From the NCBI GenBank assembly GCA_016748015.1, contig JAAOMT010000502.1, positions 558,001 to 622,000 of the forward strand: a stretch of DNA of 64,000 bases, read 5' to 3'. The translations under genes were made by a program, and so were the position numbers. The DNA comes from Geosiphon pyriformis uo1. Lineage: Eukaryota > Fungi > Glomeromycota. Numbering within the stretch: position 1 is the first letter of the stretch; every line of letters starts with the position of its first letter. This document shows, in pieces, positions 26,234 through 36,500 of the stretch. Below the pieces are notes generated by a model. The model worked only from the letters and a program-made list of their open reading frames with translations. It did no database searches and was not told where the DNA came from.

Positions 26234-28898
26234 TAAGCGCACCTCCAAAGGGTGAGAGTGCAAGCCAACCAGAAGAAAACCCCTTTTACACTTTTAATTT
26301 AACTGATGATAACTATGACATAGATGAATTAGCAATCAACCCCTCTGAATTTACAAGAAAGAAGAAGAAAGCCAAAGTTGATTTCGTTCTAGACCCCAAT
26401 AAAGCTTCTATATCAACTGCTAACAACAATGAGCCCCCAAAAGCCAAAGTTTTCAAGAACTCTCCAAAGTTGGAACTCCCAGAAATAGTACAAAAATCCA
26501 GTCCCTATTCTGTTGTCAAAGACCTTATAAAAACCCCAACACATATAATCTTTGGCCAATTGATGACCCATCCACAATTCAGAAAAGATCTTTACAAATT
26601 CCTGATTCCAAAGAAAAAGACACCCAAAACCAACAAATGCTCTTGCCAAGCTAGACTTGCTGACAATAGTAATGTTACTCCTCTAATTTGTAAAGCCCAA
26701 GTGGCTGGCTACTTTATTGATTTGATTCTAGACAGTGAATCATCTGTTAGTGTTATTGCCAAACACTTTCTTGAAGCAATTGGCAGAAAAATTGATGAAC
26801 CATCTACACGACCAATGACCAATGTACATGGTGATAAGAAAAAAGGGCTTGGCATAGCCAAAGCTATTCCTGTCCACATCAATGACATCAGCATTGAAAC
26901 TGATATGGAAGTGTCTGAAGCAAAAGAATACACCATCATTGTTGGCAATGAATGGCTCAAGAAAGCAAAGACTTAGCTTGATTATGAACTCTGTGAACTA
27001 ACTATCAGATGTGGTGAGAAACCCATTGTGGTTAAATGTCGCCATTAGACAACTCCCCCAGTACCCAAGCAGAGCCCAGAAGAAAATAAATCAGATGAAT
27101 CAGATGATGAAGAAAGTGAGAAAGAAGAAGAACAAGAAAAACAAGAAGAAACTGCTGAACTCGCCTATACCATCTTCACTAGTAATGGCAAACCACTGAA
27201 TAATGTCAAGGCAGATAAAAAAGGAATCATTGTCAATGGCAAGCTAATCTGCTGGCCTTATTATGACATGCTCAGAAGAACCTTTGACAGAAAGCCAGGC
27301 AAGAAAGCCAAATACAGTTATTGGTGGCATGGTCCTTATGCCTGGTGCTGGTGCGACAAACCATTGTATTCTCCTAGCAATGAATGCATGTCCTGTCTGA
27401 TCTATTACAAAGATTGGGAACCAATCAGCTTGATACTCCAAGAAGAAATAAAAAAAGTTCAAAAGTCCTTTGAAAACGAACCACCTGAAATCCAATCACT
27501 GGTTGTAGAACAAAGAGAACCCTCTCCAGAAGAAAGAAAAGTAGACATTGAAAACCTGCTGGCTAGAAACAGCCCAGTTATCTCAAAAAAAGGTGAACCT
27601 CCTGGATGTACACATGTGATACAACACACCATCATCACCAGAGAAACTCGCCCCATCTATTTGAAGCCCTATCAATTCAACCAGCACAATGATGAATTTA
27701 TAAAAAAAGAAATAACCTGAATGAAAACCCTTGGATTTATACAGGAAACCAAGAGTAAATAGGCATTCCCAGTTGTAGTGGTATCCAAGAAAGAAGGAAC
27801 CCTATGCTTTTGTGTTGACTATTGCCAATTAAATGCCATTATTGAAAGAGACATGTACTCACTTCCCAAGATTGATGCAATGCTAGACCAATTCCATGGT
27901 GCCGCTTTCTTCTCAACTATTGACTTAACTGCTGGATTCTGGCAAGTAGAGATAGATCCAGAAAGCAGAAAGAAAACTGCTTTCATCACCAAGTATGGTA
28001 CCTATGAATTCACAATTATGCCTTTTGGTCTCACAAATGCTTAATAGACAAAGTATTTGAATCAGTAAAAGAAAACTTTGTTCTAGTCTACTTGGATGAC
28101 ATAATGGTATACTCAAAAATCTGGGATGAACATCTTGAACATTTGCAAAAGGTTTTTGACCTCCTTAGAAATGCTGGTCTCAAGATCAATTCAATCAAAT
28201 CATTCTTTGGATGTCAATCCACCCAGTTCCTTGGCCATCTTATTACAAAAGATGAAATTTTTCCTGATCCAGCCAAAATTGAAAAAGTTCAAAACATTAG
28301 ACAACCAATGAATGTTCATGAACTATGCTCTTTTCTTGGTTTGGCCTCTTATTATTGCAAGTTTGTCAAGAATTTCTCCAAAATCACTGCTCTTTTCAAT
28401 CAGCTACTTAGGAAAAACATCAATTATTACTGGGGCACTTATCAACAAAAAGCATTTAAAATTCTGAAGGAAAAACTGGTTACAGAACCCATCCTTATAC
28501 AACCTAATTTGGATCAACCTTTTATCCTCCACACTGATGCATCTGGCTATGGACTTGGTGCTGTTCTTTCCCAAAAAGATAAAGATAACAGAGAACACAC
28601 CATAGCATATGCCAGTAGAACTCTCACACCAGCAGAAAGGAACTACTTAGTTACTGAGCAGAAATACTTAGCAGTAGTTTGGGCTACCAGCTACTGGGAC
28701 AAATATCTTAAAAGTGTGAAATTTTTGGTGGTAACAGATCACCAAGCTTTGGTTTAGCTATGCAACAAAAAAAACTTGGAACATAAACAGATAACTCACT
28801 GAATACTTCACTTGGATAAATTCGACTATGACATTCAATACTGCAAAGGAGCTAATCATCAAAATGCCGACGCTCTCTCCAGACTTACCATCCAGTGA
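26224..28898 (+). pseudogene. pol (PR-RT-RNaseH) of C, in the -1 frame relative to gag
   Basis: LILDSES, FCVDY, YLDD, TDAS, NADALSR, then TGA TAG TAA. Confidence 0.9.
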
Positions 28899-28963
28899 TA
28901 GTAAAACCCTCTCAAACCAAACCAACTTAATTATTTGTAACTTCCCCACAAACAAACACAATA

Positions 28964-30271
28964 ATAGACTTGGACAACTACTCTGCTTTAATGAAATTTT
29001 TGGGTAAAGGACAATATCCACTGGACTATATTCAACAGCAAAGAGAACATTTGCGCAAACAAACAAATTTCTATTTGATTCGCCAAAACCAGTTATATAA
29101 AAGAAATAGAAAAGATCTTGACCGCTCCCAGAGAGTCATTAAATTTGAAGAAAGAGAAATTGTGATCTACAATATGCACACTGATCCATTAGCTGGACAC
29201 TTTGGAAAAACAAAAACAATTCAGAAAACTTTAGCTCGTTATTATTGGCCTACTTTGGGAAAAGACATTGCTGAATACATCAAAACCTGTAATACCTGCC
29301 AAAGAAGAAAAAAACCCAATCGCAAGGAAGATATCCATCCAATCTCTGTTGGTCAACCATTTGATAGAATTGGTATAGATGTTGTTGGACCTTTAACCGT
29401 AACTCCTGATGGCAACAGATACATTATCACAGCTACCGACTATCTTACAAAGTGGGTAGAAGCAAGAGCCACCCCAGATCAAACAGCAGTCTCAATTGCC
29501 AATTTCATTTATGAAGATATTATCTGTTATCATGGCTGCCCCAAAAAACTTTTATCTGATAGAGAAAGAGCTTTTCTCAGTACACTGGTTGAAGAACTTT
29601 GCAGAAAAATGGGAATACGTCATAAACTCTCTTCCTCTTATCACCCCCAAACAAATGGCCTAGTGGAATGTTTCAATAGAACACTATGTGAAACCCTAGC
29701 CAAAACCAGTGAAAAAACCAACCTATGGGACAAAGTATTGTTTTCAGCCTTGTTTGCTTACAGAACTGTGAATCATGACATAACAAGTTATGAACCTTTT
29801 TATCTGCTCTATGGACAAATGGCAACTCTACCAATAGAAACAGATATAGAAACAATACCTTTTGAAGAAATAACAATAGGAGATTACAAAGACATTTTGC
29901 AAAGAAGACTTGGTATCATTCTTAACTCATTAGTAAAAGCACGGATAATTGCCTTTGAAAAGATAAAACAGGTCCAAGAGAAGCTCAAAAAGAAAAAGAC
30001 CTATAAAACACTTTCCTTAAGTGTTGGTGACTTAGTTTTGGAATACCATTCAGACAGAGACAATGTCTATGGTGATAAATTCTCTAGCCGGTGGAAAGGA
30101 CCCTTTATAGTCAACAAAGTTTTGAACAATGGTTCTTATATCTTACAAGATCAATATGAAACAATATTCAGTAATCGCCCTGTTCATAACAAGCAACTCA
30201 AGAAATATCACAAACGACCTGATTGGTTACCTGTTGTGATAATACTGACCCAAATGATCAGCAAAAATTAG
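28964..30271 (+). pseudogene. Stand-alone integrase ORF of C (start ATG>ATA, otherwise open for 433 codons)
   Basis: H..H..CNTC, GIDVVGP, SD, YHPQTNGLVE, GPF. Confidence 0.92.
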
Positions 30272-30318
30272 ATATAAATAAATGCACTATTCCCAAAACA
30301 GAGGTATCTTCAATCGAC

Positions 30319-30975
30319 ATGAACAATTATTTTCTGGATCAAAACATTCAAAACGCTTTCTATACTCTTCATGAATACTGGATCAAGAACTATCCAAATG
30401 CTACTCTGACTATCGGAAAACAAACCACTATAACAGACAACAGTGGAACTCACACTGTTATTAGACCAAAGAAAACAACTACCAGAAGAGAAAAAATTGG
30501 TGGCAAAATAGATAAATACCTGCTGGAAAGCATAACAGCAGCAATACTTTTACCTTCCAGCACAATTGGAAAAACAATACAAAAAATCTTGCCCATAGAC
30601 AAAAACTTGTCATATGGAAAACAACTAGAACTCTATGATTGTCTTGGTGAAATTATAGAAGACATGAAGCTCATGAAGAAAAATACTTCAGAGATACAAA
30701 TGGAAATTTTGGGCATTATACGATTGAATGTCCCAAGAGTTTTGACCATTGCTAGAAGAGCCAGAACTCTAATACAAAGATTTGGTCTCTTGGATACAAA
30801 GCTTATTTCACCTCAAGTACTATATACTCTATCCACAAAAGACTTCAACAAACTAGTTAGTTTTGAGTTAGACAAAACCCTTCACATAAACTATCCCATA
30901 AATAGTTTGATTTCGCTGGAGCTCAATCTCTTTGGAGAGGATGATGTTACGGTTGAAACACATAGTTTTTATTAA
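30319..30975 (+). CDS. ORF3 of C, intact frame running into the 3' LTR; unknown function
   Basis: Open ~218 codons from the ATG; conserved in D (57987-58642). Confidence 0.75.
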   Translation: MNNYFLDQNIQNAFYTLHEYWIKNYPNATLTIGKQTTITDNSGTHTVIRPKKTTTRREKIGGKIDKYLLESITAAILLPSSTIGKTIQKILPIDKNLSYGKQLELYDCLGEIIEDMKLMKKNTSEIQMEILGIIRLNVPRVLTIARRARTLIQRFGLLDTKLISPQVLYTLSTKDFNKLVSFELDKTLHINYPINSLISLELNLFGEDDVTVETHSFY

Positions 30976-31586
30976 TTATTACATGTATTAGCCACTGATG
31001 TCATATAATTAGCCACCCTATTTTTAGATAGTAATTATTGACCTGATCAATGACCTGACCGTTGACCATTTTAGATAGCTATATAAGCGATGATTCTCTT
31101 AACTGTAAAAAAACATGATCAAAGTAATGAAATAAACAATATCAATTACTTCCTCTCATAATCGCTTATTCCCCTTTCCTTACCTTCAAGTATCTACTTG
31201 TTGGCATTCATATACCTTATCTTTTCCCCTTTTTGATTTGTATTTGTTAGAATTAGCCTGAGAAGTAATTGGCTTGCTCTTGTAATTTATTGAATAAAGA
31301 AATGATTGAAAAGTACAATGATATCTGTTATTGATTCTAAGAATTGCCAAGTTGAGGCATAGAATAATAGCAGCAGTGTTATCTTGTTGATAATCATGGA
31401 CTATTCCTCTACCTTCAGATTTAAGAAAAGATTAGCAACTGTGATTTTTATGAGACTGATCATGCATATTGAATTCCTACTTATTCAATTTGCTCCCTTA
31501 TTGTAATTCCTTCTTTGTTTATTTCCATTACCATACAATACTGTTCTCTTTTGCTATCCGTTAGCTTGTTACTCCAACCCATAACA
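30945..31586 (+). repeat. 3' LTR of C
   Basis: Direct repeat; 36 bp shorter than the 5' LTR (three fewer 12-mers). Confidence 0.95.
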
Positions 31587-32606
31587 ATATTAAAAAACTT
31601 AATAAAAACTTAATAATCTATTAAAAATAATATTAAAACAAAAAAAAATTAATCTTGTTTATTATGTATTTAAATTTAATAACAAAATATTTTAATTATA
31701 AATTAAAAATTAAAAAACCAAAAAATAATATTATTAACCAATTATATATTTAAATATAATTTAATAAATACAAAATTATAATATTTATTAATAAAAAAAA
31801 GAAATAAAATCAAGTAAATCACTAAGACCAATTAAATTAAACAATTATTTGATTAAATTAGAATTGACTTAATTAAATTACTAATTATAATATTCAAAGA
31901 TAACAAATATATTATTATTATTATAAATTATTTTACCAAATAGCCAAAAACTAAAACAATTCAAAATAAAATAATAATTATATTAATAAAAATAAAAATA
32001 ACAATATATCTAATTAAATTAATAATTAAAATTATATTTTAAGAAATATTATTAAGATAAATATATAATTTAGTAAAAATATTAAAAAACAAAAGAAAAA
32101 AAACAGTTAATAATATTAAAATATTGTTATGGTTAAAATCCATAATTTTTATTAATTATTACATATATTAGCCACTGATATCATATAATTAGCCACTCTA
32201 TTTTTAGATAGTGATCATTGACCTGATCAATGACCTAACCATTGACCTGATTATTGACCTAATCATTGACTTGATCATTGACCTAGTCATTGACCTGGTC
32301 ATTGACCACTTTCAATAGCTATATAAGCAATAAGTCTCTTAGCTATAGAAAATTATCTCTTAGACAAGAATCAAATAAATAAAAATAACAACTTTTATCT
32401 CAATCACTCTTTTATTGCTAATTTCTCTTTCTTTACCTTCAAGTATCCGAACATCTTAGGATAAAAGATTACTTGTTGGCTTTTTCCTGATGTATATAAT
32501 TGTAGCATTTGATGATTATTTGAATAAACGTGACTGAAGAGCACAAGTTGATATCTGATATTGAATTCTAAGAGTGCTGATGTGAGGCATAGAATTATAC
32601 CAGTGG

Positions 32607-33489
32607 TGTTACTCATAGAAATATAAAAAATATATCAGCATAATTATTAGCCAATCAGAAGTAAGCATAGTAAAATGTGGAATTCCAGGATTTTTCTCAG
32701 GAATTGCAAGATTCCAGGAATTTCAGGATTCCCAATGAGAAATTACAGGATTCCAGAATTCCAGGATTTCTCTCAAAGAAATTGCAGGATTCCAGAAATT
32801 TCAGAATTCCTGTCATGAAGAATCGAGGAATTGAGGAATCTCAATTATGTATATATAGCAGTAGTATTAGAAACAGAAAAGACAGAATTGATACCACAGA
32901 ATTCTTAGCCTAGAAATGCAATCATTAAATAAATAATTATTTTATATCTCCATCCAATTCCCCACTATCAACCCTTTATGTTGATAGTAATTGATACTTG
33001 ACTACACTGGAACAATAGCTCTTGATTACGGCTATTGATGGGATACTAATCTGCAAATCGCCTTGGCTTATTTCTTTGTTTTCTTTATTTTTTTTTATTT
33101 TTTTTCTTTATTTTATTTTGATTTGTTGTTATATACTAATTGAGAAACGATTAAGTGCTGAGTTATTGACGTCAAGGATAGCCTGGTAAAAGACTCAGAA
33201 ATATGGGTAGGATTTTATATATTATCGGATAGCTTACCAGAAAGGCATGACTATCAGACTAAATTTGGCCATCACACTGAGAAAGAAATTGGGAAAACTC
33301 TTGAAAAATATCTCTACTATTGACACTATTGAATCTTTGTCCATTATACAAAGGACTCAACCAAAACCTTCAGATCCATCAAAACCTTCAGATACAGCAC
33401 CTGCAGAACAGCCTCAACAGAAGTAGCTTTTGAGCACCAAGTTACAGATTTGTTATTTAATTCAACAGCAGAAATAATCACCTGTAACA
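32607..33489 (+). repeat. 5' LTR of B
   Basis: Direct repeat of 51173-52055. Confidence 0.95.
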
Positions 33490-33551
33490 TTTGGTGCTCC
33501 CTGTGAGGTATAATCCTACAGAGAACCAGCACCAACAACACCAAACCAAAA

Positions 33552-36500
33552 GTGGCAGAATCAGAAAACATAAGAGCAAACCATTTAGGATTCGCAAAAT
33601 CCTTATTTCAACACTATTGTCAATACTTGGGATTAAATCACAATCATATATCTGCCGAATCAGCCTTCAACTTTTACGTCAACGAAAAGATTTTCTCTTT
33701 ATTAGGAACATCAGTGAATACTGAATCAGCAAGAGAAACTTTCTATAAAGAATTAATTCAAAACACCAACCTATCAACAAATCATAATTTTGCATCCATC
33801 ATTACTGAGATCAACAAAGAAATTGAACACCACACTCAACAAAGATATCCAATTACATACGCTAGTAAAGACAAGAGAAAATTACAAACATCAGCAGTAA
33901 TACCCAGAAAATTACAGCCACTTGCTTGGAAGAAAAACAGAGTTAAATCCCCAAGCAACCCATCCTACCACTATACACCTGGAAGTGCCATCAACATATC
34001 ATCAACTGATGTGTTCTCATCAACTGCGACATCAGCATTTGGACGATTCCCATTCCAAAGTAGACAAAGGAAAACAGAATTGTTAGGACCATATGGCAAA
34101 TACTTTGAAAGATTTAATTCGCGATCATCAACCCCATCAGGACTTTGATCACTACCGCCTCCACCAGATTTCAGAATCTCTGATCCGTGGAAAGCAGCAG
34201 AATCAGAAAATAAGGAAGAAGAATCAGAGGATCAAGAATTCACTTACCTACACCTGATCCCTGAAAACCCCAGAAGTTGAAACCCCGAACATTTAAACTC
34301 AGCAACAGTTAGAAAATCCGGAAATCAAAACTCTGAATATTTGAACACCGCCAAATCCAAGAAATCAAAACCCTGAATTAATTAATCAGCAAAACTTACC
34401 TCTGGTAATTATCGTCGATCAACTGCCAATTAATCCCATAGCTGAACCCATACAGCAGCCACTACAATTACCACCCCAACAACTACTTCAACAGCCACCA
34501 CAACTACCTAACTTAGACCCAATGGCCTATGCACCCATCACAAAACTCGACAACTTTACTGGTAAAGAAGATGATGCTCAAATATGGCTGAATGATGTAG
34601 AAAAGGCCATTGCAGCCAACGGATGGAATAACGCTCGAGCAATACAAGCCATTTCCTACTTTTTCAAGGATACTGCTGATTTATGGTATCAGAGTTTGGT
34701 TAATAAACCACAAGATTTCAATGTCTTCAAAGCGGAATTCCTAAGATACTTCAGCAACAACAATAGTATCAATCGCCTAGTTAATACATTCACCACCATG
34801 AAACAAAAAGAAACTGAAGCAGTCACCACTTACCTGGGACGCTTCTATTGAAACTTGCGCCAAATTCAAGCAATTGACGACAACTATTTCACAGCACCAC
34901 AGATACTCAACCAGTTTATCCATGGCCTACGCAGCAGCATCTTGCAACATGTACATTCATTGCATCCTGGCATGCTTCAAGACGCAGTCACATGCGCCAG
35001 AGATTTTGAATCCGCTGAGTCAGAAGCTAACCATGCCCAAGCCATTAATCTAGTAATAAACAGATTATCTGAATTGGATTCCAAATTGGAGAAGTTCAGT
35101 GAATCAATTAATAAGAGATTAGAAGGATACTTAGCTGACAATCACGCTATTTATCAGTCTCCACAATGACACAATAACCAAGAAAATTCCAATCATGGCC
35201 AAAATCAACCACGTTCATTTTCATCAACTAATCAACAGTGGCAACAAGAAATGCATATCTGCCACTATTGTGGTAACCAAGAACATATCCAAATTGACTG
35301 TTGCCAGCATTTAAATAACTAACAATCAGAAAATCAATATTAAAACCCTAATCGCTGGTTCTAAACTCTGAATCATTATCCAAATCAAAGTCAAGACCAA
35401 TATCGGAATAATTACCTGCCAATGACGCAGCAACCAATCTATCAACCACCAGTATATCAACCTCCAATTTATCAGCTGCAGCTACAAGTAATATATCAAC
35501 TGCAGCCACAAATCATCTATCAACTCCAACCAATTCAAACACCACCCCAAAACCCAGTTCAAATGACATCAGGCAATCCTCAATCCAGAGTCACTCAAAA
35601 CTGGAGATCGGCAATGGTTGTTCACCAACCAATTCTCCATTCGCTAGACCCACCATCAAGATCACGCACCTGGAATTTGGATACCAGTCGCATCCAAAAC
35701 CCAAATTTCCAACATTATTTAAGTCTCCTGGTTACCCCAGAAAATGCCACATCCAACAACACAGAATCCAATCAGCACATACCTACCAACACAATTCCAC
35801 CGGCAATCATCTTTAGCAACAAATTCTTAGCAGCCATCTTTCTTTTCGAACTCGAAGAAAACACACCAATACCATTATTCAGTGGAGCTACTCTCAAAGA
35901 GAAACTCATAACAGCAATGTACACAGATGCCAGAGTTGATGGTCACCCCATCAAACTCATCCTAGATAGTAGATCAGCTGGCAGCATAATCACAAAACAA
36001 CTCATGGATCAATTAGGTCACCGAGTTGATTGAACTGCTAGCGCCAGAATCATCACAGCCAATGGAGCGACCAAAACTCCAATTGGCAAAATTGACAACT
36101 TTTCTTTTGAAGTCAATGACATCGTGACTCCTATTAAAGTTCTAGTGATGGAAGCCACTCAATACTAAGCTCTTGTTGGTAATGACTGGCTATCCAAAGT
36201 CAATGCAACGTTAGACTAGAACACCCAGGAACTCCAGCTAATGTATCAGGGCCAACACATACATGTCCCGGCCACGTGTGGCCACTTCAAAACTCCTCCA
36301 AGAGAGAAACTATTGATCGAACTGGAGAAAAAGAAAGAAAAGCCTACTTGGAAAGCCTACCAAGTGTCGTGAATAGACAAAAAGCACAATGAACTACCGC
36401 CAATACTCTCCGGGGATGACAACAACAAGGAAAAAGGGAAACAGAAGGAAAAACTTACCTGGAAAACTGATGATCTGACATGAACTGACAACAATGAGAG

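Larger units (their letters stand above)
23953..31586 (+). mobile_element. Full-length Ty3/Gypsy LTR retrotransposon C (no dUTPase; inactive)
   Basis: LTR pair; TSD ATAT; PBS 24637-24653; PPT ggagaggatga before 30945. Confidence 0.95.

Noticed and set aside
30223-30975. env gene
   Set aside because: No signal peptide, furin site/fusion peptide or transmembrane anchor.
32530-32590. Hammerhead ribozyme (CTGAAGA followed by a gcac...gtgc stem) in the D LTR
   Set aside because: The required GAAA after stem II is missing.
32677-32913. Small ORFs in LTRs (also 4745-4939, 51243-51479)
   Set aside because: Translations of the U3 tandem array with no coding evidence.
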